A stretch of DNA of 64,000 bases from an uncultured bacterium. GTDB taxonomy: Bacteria > Actinomycetota > Actinomycetes > S36-B12. This document shows positions 30,189 to 41,124 of this stretch, one piece after another. Made by a program: the position numbers and the translations under genes. Positions within the stretch are counted from its first letter, which is position 1; each line of letters begins with the position of its first letter. The DNA lies in assembly GCA_963700255.1 (NCBI GenBank), contig CAVOWW010000029.1, forward strand, positions 47,721-111,720, in the 5' to 3' direction. The notes beneath the pieces are model-generated. The model saw only the letters and a program-made list of their open reading frames with translations. It did not search any database and had not been told where the DNA came from.

Positions 30189-31142
30189 ATGGCCCCCGCG
30201 TCGCGCCCCGTCCTGGTCCTGGACTCCGCCTCGCTCTACTACCGCTCCTTCTACGCACTCCCGGAGAAGATGACCGCTCCGGACGGGCGTCCGCACAATG
30301 CCGTCCGCGGCTTCCTGTCCACCGTGACGCGCCTGGTGGACGCCCATGCACCGGCCGGGATCGTGGCCTGCTGGGACGACGACTGGCGCCCGCAGTGGCG
30401 GGTCGACCTCGTGCCGTCCTACAAGGCGCACCGCGTGGCGGACGAGACGACGGGCGCGAGCGGCGGGTCGGCGGAGGCCGAGCCGGAGTCCCTGGGCCCG
30501 CAGGCGGTGGCGATCGCCGGGCTGCTGGAGGCGCTCGGGATCGCCCGCTGGGGAGTCCCCGGGTTCGAGGCCGACGACGTCATCGGGAGCGTCACCGCCC
30601 AGTTCGACCAGCCGACGGTCGTCGTGACGGGTGACCGCGACCTCGTCCAGCTGATCGACGCGCGCACGTCCGTGCTGCTGACCGTCAACGGCGGCATGGA
30701 GAAGTGGCCCCTGCTGGATCCGGCGGCGGCGGAGGAGCGGTTCGGCGTCCCGCCCGCGCGCTATGTCGACCTCGCCGTCCTGCGCGGTGACCCGTCGGAC
30801 GGCCTGCCCGGCGTCCCGGGCATCGGCGCGAAGACCGCGGTAGCACTGGTGGCCGCGTTCGGCTCCGTGGCCGGCATCCTCGCGGCCGCGCGGGCGCCGA
30901 GCCCGGACCGGCCGCTCACCCCCCGGCTGGCGGCGGCGCTGCTGGCCCACCAGGACGGTCTCGCCCGAACGACGCGCGTGGCCGAGGTCGTGCGCGACCT
31001 GCCGCTGCCGGCCCGGACGGCGCTGCTGCCCCCGGTCCCCCATGCGCCGGACGCGCTGGCCGCCCTGACCGCCGAGTGGGGCGTGCGCCGGCAGGTGGAC
31101 GACCTCCAGGCCGCCCTCCGTCGTCAGACGGACGACGAGTAG
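30189..31142 (+). CDS. 5'-3' exonuclease (FEN/Pol I N-terminal-like)
   Basis: Start ATG 30189. VLVLDSASLYYRSFYAL..., GFEADDVIG, TGDRDLVQL, and H3TH GDPSDGLPGVPGIGAKTA. Confidence 0.85.
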   Translation: MAPASRPVLVLDSASLYYRSFYALPEKMTAPDGRPHNAVRGFLSTVTRLVDAHAPAGIVACWDDDWRPQWRVDLVPSYKAHRVADETTGASGGSAEAEPESLGPQAVAIAGLLEALGIARWGVPGFEADDVIGSVTAQFDQPTVVVTGDRDLVQLIDARTSVLLTVNGGMEKWPLLDPAAAEERFGVPPARYVDLAVLRGDPSDGLPGVPGIGAKTAVALVAAFGSVAGILAAARAPSPDRPLTPRLAAALLAHQDGLARTTRVAEVVRDLPLPARTALLPPVPHAPDALAALTAEWGVRRQVDDLQAALRRQTDDE

Positions 31143-33856
31143 GCCACGACGCCGCGGTTGACCAGGTCAGCCGCGGCATGAGCGGTGTCGCGCATGGGAT
31201 CCGACGGATCCACGGCCTGCGCGACCTGGCCGAGCAGGTCGATGACCTGCCTGATCCACCGGACGAAGTCCCCGGCGGTGATGTCGGCGTGGGTCAGCAC
31301 CTGCAGGAGGTTGGCGCCACGCGCCCATCGGTAGGTGGCGTCGACGATGCCCGCATCAGGGTGCCGGGTGATGTCGAGCCCGTGCCGGGTCTCGAGGTCA
31401 TGCAGCTCCGACCACAGCGACCCGAGCCGTTCGACGGCCTCCCGGACCACGCGGGTGGGAAGTGCGGGGGCCGTGTCGTCGTCATGCCCGCGCGACTCGT
31501 AGACCACGGCGGCGCACACCGCTGCGAGCTCGGCAGGGTCGAGCTCGCTCCAGGACCCGTCCCGGAGCGACTGGGCGGCCAGCAGGTCGGACTCCGTGTA
31601 CAGGCGCATGAGCATGCGTCCGGGGTCGGTGACCGTGGTGGCGTCACCCGACGACGCCAGGTAGCCCAGCTCGCCGAGCACCTCGCACACCTTGTCGAAT
31701 CGGCGGGCGATGGAGTTCGTCCGGCCCTCGACGCGGCGCTCCAGGTCCCGCGCATGCCGTTCGGTGCGGTGGTACCGCTCCGCCCACCGGGCGTGCACCT
31801 CGCGGTCGTTGCAGCCGTGGCAGGGGTGCGCGCGGAGCTGGGAGCGCAGCCGGGCGATCTCGGCATCCTCGGTCGCCGCCACGCGCCGCTTGCGCTGGTC
31901 GTAGGGCACCTCGTCCACTGCCGACTGGAGCGACTCGAGCAGGTCCCGTCGGGCCCGGTGGTCCCGGGCGACGAAGCCCTTGGGGACCGTGATCCGGGTG
32001 AAGGCCTCGACCGGCTGGCTGGTGTCGGCGACGGACATGCGTCGCACCTGCCCGTCGGCGGTGAGGACCATCGGCCGCGCCGCCTCACGCGGGCTGCGCA
32101 GGCGGCGCTGGTCGAGGACGACGGCCGGCCCCGCCCTCCGGCCGGAGGGGATCATGAAGACGTCGCCCTGGCGCAGTCCGAGCCAGGAGTCCTCCGCGGC
32201 GTCGCGGCGCTCAGCCGCAGCGCGGCGGCTGATGTCCTTCTCCCGGCGGGACAGGGTCTCCCGCAGCTGGGCGTACTCGACGTAGTCGCCGAGATGACAC
32301 TGCATGGAGTCCCGATAGCCGTCGAGGGCCTCCTCCACCCGGCGGAGCTCGGTGGCCAGTCCCACCACCGCGCGGTCGGCCTGGAACTGCGCGAACGAGG
32401 TCTCGAGCACCTCACGCGCGGAGTGCCGGCCGAGCCGGGAGACGAGGTTGACGGCCATGTTGTACGAGGGCTGGAAGGAGGACCGGAGGGGGTAGGTGCG
32501 CGTGGACGCGAGCCCCGCGAGCGAGCGCGGATCGAGGCCGGGCTGCCACAGGACGATGGCGTGGCCCTCGACGTCGATGCCGCGCCGGCCGGCTCGGCCC
32601 GTGAGCTGGGTGTACTCCCCCGGTGTCAGGTCGACGTGCGTCTCGCCGTTCCACTTGACCAGTCGCTCGAGGGCGACGGACTTCGCCGGCATGTTGATGC
32701 CCAGGGCGAGCGTCTCCGTCGCGAACACCACCTTGATGAGGCCGCGCTGGAACAGTCCCTCGACGATCTCCTTGAACACCGGAAGCAGGCCGGCATGGTG
32801 CGATGCGAGGCCGCGCTCCAGGGCCTCCAGCCACTCGTCGAAGCCCAGCGCCGCAAGGTCCTCGTCCGGGAGCTCGAGGGTGGCCTCGAGAGCGGCCTGG
32901 CGGATCGCCGTGCGCTCCTCGCTGGTGGTGAGGCGCAGTCCGGAGTGCAGGCACTGGCGCACCGCCTCGTCGCAGCCGGCCCGGCTGAACAGGAAGTAGA
33001 TCGCCGGCAGCAGGGCCTCACGCTGGAGCCGCTCCACGACCTCGCTGCGCCAGGGGGTCTTGGGCCCGCGCGGCCGGCCCCGGTCGCGTCCGCGTCGCTG
33101 CTCGCCCGGCCGCGGGGTCTGGCGCTCCGCCTCCCGGGCGAGGCGGACGAGCTCGGGGTTGACGATGGTCTGGTCGTCGTCGACGAAGAGGTCGTACATG
33201 CGCGGACCCGCCATGACGTGCTGCCACAGGGGAACCGGTCGGTGCTCCTCGACGATGATCGAGGTCTCGCCGCGCACGGTCTCGAGCCAGGCGCCGAACT
33301 CCTCTGCATTGCTGACCGTCGCGGAGAGGGCCACGACCGTCACCGACTCGGGCAGGTGGATGATGACCTCCTCCCACACGGCGCCCCGGAAGCGGTCGGC
33401 GAGGTAGTGCACCTCGTCCATGACGACGAAGCCGAGGTCGCTCAGCGTCGAGGACCCGGCGTAGAGCATGTTGCGCAGGACCTCCGTCGTCATGACGACG
33501 ATGGGGGCCTCTCCGTTGATGCTGTTGTCCCCCGTCAGGAGCCCGACCCTCGAGGCACCGTGGCGCGCGACGAGGTCGTTGTACTTCTGGTTGGACAGCG
33601 CCTTGATCGGCGTCGTGTAGAAGCACTTGCGCCCCTGGGCGAGGGCGAGGTGGATCGCGAACTCCCCGACCACGGTCTTCCCCGAGCCCGTGGGCGCTGC
33701 CACCAGCACTCCCCTGCCGTCCTCGAGCGCCTCGCAGGCGGCCAGCTGGAAGGGGTCGAGGCCGAAGACGTAGTCGCCGGCGAAGGAGCCGAGCTCGGAT
33801 CTCTCTCGGCGGCTGCGCACACGTGCCGCGGCGTACCTCTCGGCAGGGCTGGGCAT
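31124..33856 (-). CDS. helY: Ski2-like DEAD/DEAH-box helicase HelY
   Basis: 910 aa. Walker A APTGSGKTVV, DEVH box (VMDEVHYL), and a C-terminal DSHCT-like region. Confidence 0.9.
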   Translation of the reverse strand: MPSPAERYAAARVRSRRERSELGSFAGDYVFGLDPFQLAACEALEDGRGVLVAAPTGSGKTVVGEFAIHLALAQGRKCFYTTPIKALSNQKYNDLVARHGASRVGLLTGDNSINGEAPIVVMTTEVLRNMLYAGSSTLSDLGFVVMDEVHYLADRFRGAVWEEVIIHLPESVTVVALSATVSNAEEFGAWLETVRGETSIIVEEHRPVPLWQHVMAGPRMYDLFVDDDQTIVNPELVRLAREAERQTPRPGEQRRGRDRGRPRGPKTPWRSEVVERLQREALLPAIYFLFSRAGCDEAVRQCLHSGLRLTTSEERTAIRQAALEATLELPDEDLAALGFDEWLEALERGLASHHAGLLPVFKEIVEGLFQRGLIKVVFATETLALGINMPAKSVALERLVKWNGETHVDLTPGEYTQLTGRAGRRGIDVEGHAIVLWQPGLDPRSLAGLASTRTYPLRSSFQPSYNMAVNLVSRLGRHSAREVLETSFAQFQADRAVVGLATELRRVEEALDGYRDSMQCHLGDYVEYAQLRETLSRREKDISRRAAAERRDAAEDSWLGLRQGDVFMIPSGRRAGPAVVLDQRRLRSPREAARPMVLTADGQVRRMSVADTSQPVEAFTRITVPKGFVARDHRARRDLLESLQSAVDEVPYDQRKRRVAATEDAEIARLRSQLRAHPCHGCNDREVHARWAERYHRTERHARDLERRVEGRTNSIARRFDKVCEVLGELGYLASSGDATTVTDPGRMLMRLYTESDLLAAQSLRDGSWSELDPAELAAVCAAVVYESRGHDDDTAPALPTRVVREAVERLGSLWSELHDLETRHGLDITRHPDAGIVDATYRWARGANLLQVLTHADITAGDFVRWIRQVIDLLGQVAQAVDPSDPMRDTAHAAADLVNRGVVAYSSSV

Positions 33857-33884
33857 GGGCTCAGGCTACGGCGTCACGGTCCGG

Positions 33885-34784
33885 TCAGCAGGGCAGCACG
33901 CGCAGGGCACCGGGACGGACCTCGATCTCCACGGGCAGGGGACCGATGCGTTCGCCGTCGGCGTAGGCGATCTGGCCCTCCGCCGCGATCCGCAGCCGTC
34001 GTCCACGGAACGTGCGCACCGCCGGGTGCTCGACATGCGTGCCCCGGAACACGGACGGGAAGACCCGCAGGAACGTGGGCTTCGAGACCGCGCCCAGCCA
34101 GGTCACGTCCAGCAGGCCGTCGTCGGAGAGCGCGTCGGGACAGATCCTCATGCCGCCGCCGTAGCGGGATCCGTTGCCCACGGAGACGAGCATGCCGGGA
34201 GCGCTCTCGCGCACGCCGTCGATGACGACGTCGTAGTCGAGCGCCCGGAAGGACGCAAGCTCACGGGCGATCGCGATGTTGTACCGATGACCGGCCAGGC
34301 GGCGCATCGCGTTCGCGCGCTCGTTGACCGAGGAGTCGAAGCCGGTGGACAGGACGCCCAGGAAGAACCGTTCGACTCCGTCGTCGCTGCGGGCGGCCCC
34401 GACGTCGAGGATGCGCTCCTCTCCCCCGGCGAGGGAGACGACCATCGCCTCCGCGATGGCCTCAGCCCCATGGGTCGGATACCCGAGCCCTGCGGCGACG
34501 TCGTCGCCCGAGCCCCCCGCGACCATGCCCATGGGCACTGCTGAGCCGACCATCGCCTGGAGGACCGCATTCACCGTGCCGTCACCGCCGCAGGCGACGA
34601 CGGCACGGGCACCGGCACGGATGGCGCTGAGGGCTGCTGCGGTGGAGTCACCCGCAGACGAGGGCTGGACGAGCCGGCAGGGCACCCCCGCCTGCTGCAG
34701 GGTCCGCGCCACGACGCTGGCGTGCCGGGCTCCGCGTCCACCGCCCGCCAGCGGATTGGCGATGAGCCAGACGTCGGCGCCCAC
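33885..34784 (-). CDS. diacylglycerol kinase family lipid kinase
   Basis: NPLAGGGRG, ACGGDGTVN signature. GTG start abuts the tatC stop. Confidence 0.85.
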   Translation of the reverse strand: MGADVWLIANPLAGGGRGARHASVVARTLQQAGVPCRLVQPSSAGDSTAAALSAIRAGARAVVACGGDGTVNAVLQAMVGSAVPMGMVAGGSGDDVAAGLGYPTHGAEAIAEAMVVSLAGGEERILDVGAARSDDGVERFFLGVLSTGFDSSVNERANAMRRLAGHRYNIAIARELASFRALDYDVVIDGVRESAPGMLVSVGNGSRYGGGMRICPDALSDDGLLDVTWLGAVSKPTFLRVFPSVFRGTHVEHPAVRTFRGRRLRIAAEGQIAYADGERIGPLPVEIEVRPGALRVLPC

Positions 34785-35687
34785 CTAGGGCCGCTCGTCG
34801 GGCATCAGGCCGCCGTCGATGGGGCTCGGCTCGTCGATCGGGCTCGGCTCGAGGTCGACCGGCGAGGCCTCGTCGTCGTCGAGGTCGCTGAAGTCGTCCT
34901 CGGGTGCCCGCCGGCGTGCCCGACGTCGGTCGTTCAGCAGCGCGATGCCCACCGCGATCGCCACGAGGAGCAGGATCGGTCCGGCGAGCAGCAGGAGGTT
35001 GATCGGGTCGCCGGTGGGCGTGGCCACGGCGGCGAACAGCATCACCCCGAGGATGATCCATCGCCACCAGCCCAGCAGCGTCCGGCCGGGGAGCACGCCG
35101 GCGAAGTTGAGGAGGACCAGCATGAGGGGCACCAGGAAGCCGACGCCGAAGACCAGCACCGTGCGCAGGAAGAAGGACAGGTAGCGGTCGACCGAGACGA
35201 TGTTCTCGACGTTCTCGGGCGTGAAGCCGAGCAGGACCTGAAGGCCGAGCGGCAGGACGGCGTAGGCGAGTGCCACGCCAGCCAGGAACAGCGGCGTGGC
35301 GACCGCGACGAAGGCGAAGGCCCATCGGCGCTCGTTGCGGTGCAGGCCGGGGGTGACGAACCTCCACAGCTGGTACAGCCAGACCGGGGACGCGAGGACG
35401 ATGCCCGCCATGGCGGCGATCTGCATCTGCAGGACGAACGGGTCGGCGACGCCCGTCAGGGCGAGGGTGACCTGGCGCCCCTCCGTGCGCGCCTGCTCCA
35501 CCGCGCCGCTGAAGGGTGCGCTCAGCCAGGCGAACAGCTGGGCGTAGTAGATCCAGCCGACGACCATGCCGATGCCGATGGCAACACCGGCCTTGACCAG
35601 CCGTGACCTCAGCTCACGCAGGTGCTCCGTGAGCGGCATGGCCGCCGGTTGGTCCTCGATGCGGTCAGCCTTCGCGCGAATCGCCAT
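34785..35687 (-). CDS. tatC: twin-arginine translocase subunit TatC
   Basis: MPLTEHLRELRSRL N-terminus and six TM helices. Confidence 0.9.
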   Translation of the reverse strand: MAIRAKADRIEDQPAAMPLTEHLRELRSRLVKAGVAIGIGMVVGWIYYAQLFAWLSAPFSGAVEQARTEGRQVTLALTGVADPFVLQMQIAAMAGIVLASPVWLYQLWRFVTPGLHRNERRWAFAFVAVATPLFLAGVALAYAVLPLGLQVLLGFTPENVENIVSVDRYLSFFLRTVLVFGVGFLVPLMLVLLNFAGVLPGRTLLGWWRWIILGVMLFAAVATPTGDPINLLLLAGPILLLVAIAVGIALLNDRRRARRRAPEDDFSDLDDDEASPVDLEPSPIDEPSPIDGGLMPDERP

Positions 35688-35707
35688 TCAGGATGTGCCG
35701 GAGCCGG

Positions 35708-35971
35708 TCAGCCCTCGGCCCGCTCCGTGGGCACCGGATCCGCCGCAGGCGGCGGAGTCTGGGGAGCGGCCTGGACGGCGGGCGGAGTGGTCGGTGGCTC
35801 CTCGCCGGCGGCGGCGCCCTTCGCGTCGTCCGCGAGGCCCTTCGTCTCGGCCTTGAAGATCCGCAGAGAGCGCCCGAGGCCCCGTGCCGCGTCAGGAAGT
35901 CGCTTGGCGCCGAACAGCAGCAGGATGAGGGCAACGATGATGAGCCATTCCCAGCCCTTGAGATTCGGCAT
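35708..35971 (-). CDS. tatA: twin-arginine translocase subunit TatA
   Basis: Start ATG 35971 after [40 protein letters not shown]. Confidence 0.9.
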   Translation of the reverse strand: MPNLKGWEWLIIVALILLLFGAKRLPDAARGLGRSLRIFKAETKGLADDAKGAAAGEEPPTTPPAVQAAPQTPPPAADPVPTERAEG

Positions 35972-36025
35972 GCGTCGACTCCTCATGTGTCCCCGGCCCC
36001 GACGGCCGGCTGCCTAGGTTACCGC

Positions 36026-36982
36026 TCAAGGGTACGACGCGAGCGCCGCGGCGGCTGCGTCCGCCACTGCCGTGACCAGCTCAGGCGGATCGAGGGCCAC
36101 CGCGCCGCCCCTGAGCGACAGGATCAGCCGGACGCCCCAGTCCACCGAGTGGAGCGGGATGCGAACGACGGCGGCACCGCTGGGCTCCTCGGTGTCCACC
36201 GTGCCACGGTGCACATCGATGATCCACCGGGCGGCCGGATCGACCCGCAGGGTCGCCGTCCGTCTGGCGACGCCGACCGGTCCCCGCGGTGCCTCGGTGC
36301 CCGGGCCGGCGATGGGGGTCGCGAAGGGCTCCCCCACGGAGGCCGAGATCATGCGGTCCAGCCGGAAGGTGCGGACAGCGCCAGCAGAGAGGCAGAAGGC
36401 CTCGAGGTAGGCGATCCCGTCGACGGCATGCAGGCGCGTGGGCTGGATGGACCGCTGGGTGACCTCGTCGCGCGTCGCTGAGGCGTAGGTGATGTCGAGC
36501 ACCTGCTGGCCGGCCAGGGCCGCGTCGACTGCGGAGCGGATGTCCTCGGCAACAGGGACGTCGACGTAGACCTCACGCTCGACATCGGCTCCTGCCGTCG
36601 CGGCCTCGAGCTTGGCAGCCGCTGAGAGGATGGCCCCCCTGTCCTCGATCCCCGGCAGCTGCGCCAGCGTCCGAAGGGCGACCAGGAGGGACAGGCCCTC
36701 CTGGTGGGTCAGTCGCATCGGCCGGTCGAGGGTCTGCGGATCAAGCACGCGGATCACGCCGTCGCCACGGACCGCGTCGTCGTCGTCCCAGAACTGGATG
36801 TCGACGAGCTGGTCGGGGCCGTAGCCGGGCAGGCCGCACACCACGAGCTGCCAGAGGTCCTCCTGCAGCACCTCCTCGCTCACTCCGAAGTGTGCTGCGC
36901 ACGCCGCGAGGGTCACGCCATCGTGCGCCACGAGCCAGGGCACGAGGGCGAGGATGCGCGTGAGCCGCGCCTGGGCGCTCAT
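36026..36982 (-). CDS. pafC: WYL-domain transcriptional regulator PafC
   Basis: Start ATG 36982 in an ATGA overlap with the pafB stop. HTH (RLTRILALVPWLVAHDGVTLAACAAHFGVS) plus WYL-like core. Position between pafB and tatA. Confidence 0.8.
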   Translation of the reverse strand: MSAQARLTRILALVPWLVAHDGVTLAACAAHFGVSEEVLQEDLWQLVVCGLPGYGPDQLVDIQFWDDDDAVRGDGVIRVLDPQTLDRPMRLTHQEGLSLLVALRTLAQLPGIEDRGAILSAAAKLEAATAGADVEREVYVDVPVAEDIRSAVDAALAGQQVLDITYASATRDEVTQRSIQPTRLHAVDGIAYLEAFCLSAGAVRTFRLDRMISASVGEPFATPIAGPGTEAPRGPVGVARRTATLRVDPAARWIIDVHRGTVDTEEPSGAAVVRIPLHSVDWGVRLILSLRGGAVALDPPELVTAVADAAAAALASYP

Positions 36983-37962
36983 GCGCCGGTCCGGCCCGGC
37001 GCGTGCCCCGACAGCACGGCCGACAATGCCGTCCGCACCGCGCTGACCGTGTCGGGCGGGTCCACGACAGTGGCGTCCGGACCCGCGGCGCACACCAGCG
37101 AGACCAGCTGGTCCAGCGAGCCCGTGGACACCGTGAACTCGGGGTCTGTCCAGGGGTCGGTCCCCTCGCCCTGCACCGCCAGTCGGCGGAGGGAGGCCGC
37201 GCGGCCCGGGCGCGCCCGGACCCGCGTGAGCACCTGCTCGTCGCCTCCGGGGCCGATGACGTAGGCACCGACGTCGAACCCGTCCGGCGGGCGCACGGCC
37301 TCGACAGCGGCGACGAGGGTGACGGTGCCGACGATCCGGGACAGCCGGAAGGTGCGCTCGGCATCACGGTCGTGGTCATGGCCCACCAGGAACCAGTTGC
37401 CGCGGGTCGACCGCAGGCCCCAGGGCGTGACCGTACGGGTCCCCGGCGCGTCGTCCGACGGTGCGCGGTAGGGGAAGGTCACCGCCCGATGCTGGCGCAC
37501 GGCGCTCATGAGCGGCAGGAGGGCACCGTCGGCCGCCGTGAGCTGGACGGTTCCGCGCAGGCCCGCCGGGGTCCACTCGGTGTCATCGACGCTCTCCAGC
37601 TTGCGCAGGGCGGTGCCGGCGACGGGGCCGACGGAGGCCTGGCCCCAGACCTGGGCGGCGACCGCGACGGCCGCCCGCTCGGCGACAGTCAGGTCGACGC
37701 CCGACAGGGCGTAGCTGTCCTGCGGGATGCGGTACCCACGCACCTCGCCGTTGACGTCCACGACGGTCTCCACCGGGATGCCCATCGACCGGAGCTCGTC
37801 CTTGTCGCGCTCGAACATCCGCTCGAACGCCGCGGGAGACGCTGCCTCGGCGTAGCCGGGGATGCTGCGGTGGATGTCCGCCCGAGACACGGCGAACTCG
37901 GATGCCATCAGCGCGATGACGAGGTTGAGGAGCCGCTCCGTACGCTCGATTCGCTCGCTCAT
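36979..37962 (-). CDS. pafB: WYL-domain transcriptional regulator PafB
   Basis: ERLLNLVIALMASEFAVSRADIHRSIPGY HTH. Paralog of the downstream gene. Confidence 0.8.
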   Translation of the reverse strand: MSERIERTERLLNLVIALMASEFAVSRADIHRSIPGYAEAASPAAFERMFERDKDELRSMGIPVETVVDVNGEVRGYRIPQDSYALSGVDLTVAERAAVAVAAQVWGQASVGPVAGTALRKLESVDDTEWTPAGLRGTVQLTAADGALLPLMSAVRQHRAVTFPYRAPSDDAPGTRTVTPWGLRSTRGNWFLVGHDHDRDAERTFRLSRIVGTVTLVAAVEAVRPPDGFDVGAYVIGPGGDEQVLTRVRARPGRAASLRRLAVQGEGTDPWTDPEFTVSTGSLDQLVSLVCAAGPDATVVDPPDTVSAVRTALSAVLSGHAPGRTGA

Positions 37963-37972
37963 GCGCTGCTGG

Positions 37973-38335
37973 CTACCCCACGTTCAGCAGGTCGATCACG
38001 AACACGAGCGTGCGGCCCGAGAGCCGGTGCCCGGTACCCGCCTCGCCATAGGCCATGGCCGGGGGGATGACGAGCTGCCGACGGCCGCCCACCTTCATGC
38101 CCGGGATGCCCTCCTGCCAGCCGGCGATCAGGCCGTTCAGCGGGAAGGTGATCGACTCGCCGCGATCCCAGGAGGCGTCGAACTGCTCGCCGGTCTCGAA
38201 GTCCACGCCCACGTAGTGAACCTCGACCCGTCCGCCCGCGACGGCCTCAGCGCCGTCGCCGACGACGAGGTCGCTGATCACGAGGCCGTCGGGAGCGGGT
38301 CCCTCGATGAAGTCGATGTCCGGCTTGGTCGCCAT
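37973..38335 (-). CDS. FKBP-type peptidyl-prolyl cis-trans isomerase
   Basis: 120 aa. VHYVGV...G..FDSSWDRGE...F.L....I.GW.EG..GMKVGGRR.L.IP...AYG. Confidence 0.9.
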   Translation of the reverse strand: MATKPDIDFIEGPAPDGLVISDLVVGDGAEAVAGGRVEVHYVGVDFETGEQFDASWDRGESITFPLNGLIAGWQEGIPGMKVGGRRQLVIPPAMAYGEAGTGHRLSGRTLVFVIDLLNVG

Positions 38336-38381
38336 GGTGTCTCCTGGTCCAGGGTGAAGGGAGGGTGGGTGGTCGGCCCAG

Positions 38382-38990
38382 CTAGCCGATGGACTCGAGC
38401 TGGACGACGAAGACGAGGGTCTCGCCGGGCGGGATGCCCTGCGTGCCCTGGTCTCCGTAGCCCAGATCGGACGGGATGACGAGCAGTCGCTGGCCGCCGA
38501 CCTGCATGCCCGGCAGCCCCTCCTGCCAGCCCGGGATCAGCCCGTCCAGGGGGAAGGTCGCGGGCTCGCCGCGCGTCCACGAGGAGTCGAAGACGGCCTT
38601 CGTGCCGAGTCCGACCCCGCAGTAGTTGACCGTCAGGGTGTCGCCCGCCTTGGCCTCGGCTCCGCTGCCCACGGTGATGTCGGCGACGCCGAGCTCGGTG
38701 GCGGGCGTCGCGTCGGTGGCGATGGTGATCGCCGGCGCGCCGTTGGGCTGGAAGATCGCCGAGGCGAAGCCCACCGTCGTGGCGCTCGCGGGGGGCGCAT
38801 CGACGGGCATCGCCTGCATGCTGGTGCAGTCGATGGTCACGAACGGGGTCGCCGCGGCCACCTCGCTCTGCAGGGAGCCGCTGGACGCGGTGTCGGTGGT
38901 CTCCACGCGGTCGTCGGACTGCTGGCCGCAGGCCGTCGCGAGGAGCATGATCGTGGCCGCACCCGCGGCGAGGAGGAGTCGTCGGTTCAC
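38382..38990 (-). CDS. FKBP-type peptidyl-prolyl isomerase lipoprotein
   Basis: Lipobox LLATACG, then an FKBP domain (VNYCGVGLGTKAVFDSSWTRGEPATFPLDGLIPGWQEGLPGMQVGGQRLLVIP). Confidence 0.85.
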   Translation of the reverse strand: MNRRLLLAAGAATIMLLATACGQQSDDRVETTDTASSGSLQSEVAAATPFVTIDCTSMQAMPVDAPPASATTVGFASAIFQPNGAPAITIATDATPATELGVADITVGSGAEAKAGDTLTVNYCGVGLGTKAVFDSSWTRGEPATFPLDGLIPGWQEGLPGMQVGGQRLLVIPSDLGYGDQGTQGIPPGETLVFVVQLESIG

Positions 38991-39024
38991 CCCGTGAGCC
39001 TAACCGCACGGGCCACGGCGCGCT

Positions 39025-40395
39025 TCACATGCTGGCGATGAGGCGCTCCACCCGCTCGTCCGTGCTCGCGAAGGGGTCCTTGCACAGCACCGTTCGCTGC
39101 GCCTGGTCGTTCAGCTTGAGGTGCACCCAGTCCACCGTGAAGTCGCGCCGCCGCTCCTGTGCTCGTCGCACGAAGTCCCCCCGGAGCTTCGCCCGGGTGG
39201 TCTGCGGGGGCACCGACTTGGCCTCGTAGATGCGCAGGTCGCTCGTCACCCGGTCGACGAGGCCACCCCGCTCGGCGAGGTAGTAGAGCCCGCGGTTCCG
39301 GTTGATGTCGTGGTAGGCGAGGTCGAGCTGGCCGATCCGCGGGGACTCCAGGGTCAGATCGTGCTTGACCATGTAGCGCTCGAGGAGGCGTCGCTTGATG
39401 GCCCAGTCGATCTCCCGGTCGATCAGGGACAGGTCGTCGGCCTCGATCGCCTTCAGCGAGCGGCCCCAGAGCTCGAGGACGCGTCGGGTGGTGCCGGTGG
39501 GCTCGTCGACGAGCCCCCGCCGCTCGGCGAAGTCCGACGCCTTCTCGAAGTACTCCCACTGCATGGACAGCGCCGACAGCTCACGCCCCGTGGTGAGCTT
39601 GACGGGGCGCTTGCCCGTGACGTCGTGGCTCATCTCGCGGATGGCGCGGATGGGGTTCTCGAGGGACATGTCGCGCATGACGACGCCCGCCTCGAGCATC
39701 TTGAGCACGAGATCGGCGGAACCCACCTTGAGCAGGGTCGTGGTCTCGCTCATGTTGCTGTCACCGACGATGACATGGAGGCGCCGGTAGAGGTCCGCAT
39801 CCGCATGCGGCTCGTCACGCGTGTTGATGATCGGCCGTGACCTGGTGGTGGCGCTCGACACGCCCTCCCACATGTGGTCGGCCCGCTGGCTCAGGCAGTA
39901 CACCGCACCGCGGGGGGTCTGCAGGACCTTGCCCGCACCGGCGATCAGCTGCCTCGAGATCAGGAACGGGATGAACCGCTCGGCCAGCCTCGCGAACTCG
40001 CCCTTGCGCTCGACGAGGTAGTTCTCGTGGCAGCCGTAGGAGTTGCCAGCCGAGTCGGTGTTGTTCTTGAACAGGTAGATGTCACCGTGGATGCCCTCCT
40101 CCTGGAGGCGGCGCTCGGCGTCGGCGACCAGGCCCTCGAGGATGCGCTCGCCCGCCCGGTCGTGGGTGACGAGCTGCGTCAGCGAGTCGCACTCGGCCGT
40201 GGCGTACTCGGGGTGGCTGCCCACGTCGAGGTACAGGCGGGACCCGTTCGTCAGGAAGACGTTGCTGCTGCGGCCCCACGCGACGACCCGGCGGAAGAGG
40301 TAGCGGGCCACCTCGTCGGGGCTCAGCCTGCGCTGGCCGTTGAACGTGCAGGTGACCCCGTACTCGGTCTCGATGCCGAAGATCCTGCGGTCCAT
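39025..40395 (-). CDS. pafA: Pup--protein ligase PafA
   Basis: [13 protein letters not shown]... and CHENYLV motifs. 456 aa. Paralog of Dop. Confidence 0.95.
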   Translation of the reverse strand: MDRRIFGIETEYGVTCTFNGQRRLSPDEVARYLFRRVVAWGRSSNVFLTNGSRLYLDVGSHPEYATAECDSLTQLVTHDRAGERILEGLVADAERRLQEEGIHGDIYLFKNNTDSAGNSYGCHENYLVERKGEFARLAERFIPFLISRQLIAGAGKVLQTPRGAVYCLSQRADHMWEGVSSATTRSRPIINTRDEPHADADLYRRLHVIVGDSNMSETTTLLKVGSADLVLKMLEAGVVMRDMSLENPIRAIREMSHDVTGKRPVKLTTGRELSALSMQWEYFEKASDFAERRGLVDEPTGTTRRVLELWGRSLKAIEADDLSLIDREIDWAIKRRLLERYMVKHDLTLESPRIGQLDLAYHDINRNRGLYYLAERGGLVDRVTSDLRIYEAKSVPPQTTRAKLRGDFVRRAQERRRDFTVDWVHLKLNDQAQRTVLCKDPFASTDERVERLIASM

Positions 40396-40404
40396 GTGAC
40401 TACG

Positions 40405-41124
40405 TTACGGCTGGTCGGCCGATCCGGCGCCCTGCGACGTCAGCAGGTCCTGCAGCTGCCCGTTCGACAGGCGCTGGAACGTGCGGCGGGGGCGTGACCG
40501 GTCGAGCACGGCCACCTCGAGCTGAGCGGCGTCCAGCGCCCGCGGCTGGTCGCCCCCGTGCTCGCCGAGCAGCCGCACCGCCAGGGTGACGCACTCCCCC
40601 AGCGACATGCCCGGGTGCCAGCCGTCCACGAGGGCGGCGGACATGGCCTCGGAGAGGCCGCCCATGGCGACGTAGCCCCGCTCGTCGGCCACGGATCCAT
40701 CGAACATCAGGCGGTACAGCTGGTCGTCGGCCGGCGCGGAACCGACCTCCGCCACCACGATCTCCACCTCGAACGGCTTGCTCGTCTCGGTGAAGATGGT
40801 GCCGAGGGTCTGGGCATACGCGTTCGCGAGGCTGCGGCCGGTGACGTCGCTGCGGTCGTACGAGTAGCCCCGCATGTCGGCGAGTCGCACCCCGGCCACG
40901 CGGAGGCTCTCGAACTCGTTGTACTTCCCTACCGCGGCGAAGCCGATGCGGTCGTAGAGCTCGCTGATCTTGTGCAGGGCGCGGGAGGGGTTCTCGGCGA
41001 CGAAGACGATGCCGCCGTCGTACTGCATGACGATGACACTGCGCCCACGGGCGATGCCCTTGCGTGCGAAGTCCGCCTTGTCGCGCATGATCTGCTCGGG
41101 CGAGACGTAGAAGGGCACGCTCAT
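40405..41124 (-). CDS. prcA: proteasome subunit alpha
   Basis: [30 protein letters not shown]-terminus is typical of PrcA. Confidence 0.95.
   Translation of the reverse strand: MSVPFYVSPEQIMRDKADFARKGIARGRSVIVMQYDGGIVFVAENPSRALHKISELYDRIGFAAVGKYNEFESLRVAGVRLADMRGYSYDRSDVTGRSLANAYAQTLGTIFTETSKPFEVEIVVAEVGSAPADDQLYRLMFDGSVADERGYVAMGGLSEAMSAALVDGWHPGMSLGECVTLAVRLLGEHGGDQPRALDAAQLEVAVLDRSRPRRTFQRLSNGQLQDLLTSQGAGSADQP

Noticed and set aside
31076-34225. 1049-aa plus-strand ORF spanning the helY region
   Set aside because: It lies antisense to a gene with clear helicase motifs. Its translation is Arg/Gly/Pro/Ala-rich with no recognisable motifs, which is typical of a stop-poor shadow frame in high-GC DNA.
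36014-36032. Third AGGTTA-containing site (CTAGGTTACCGCTCAAGGG) between pafC and tatA as another DtxR/IdeR box
   Set aside because: Only the first 8 positions resemble the consensus, the right half does not match, and there is no iron-related gene context.
38891-38898. TGTCGGTG, the upstream half of the PafBC-dependent (RecA-NDp-type) promoter motif. Reverse-strand copies occur at 3194-3201 and 48002-48009.
   Set aside because: None is followed by a TAnnnT -10 element at the expected 8-nt spacing, and all are inside coding regions.
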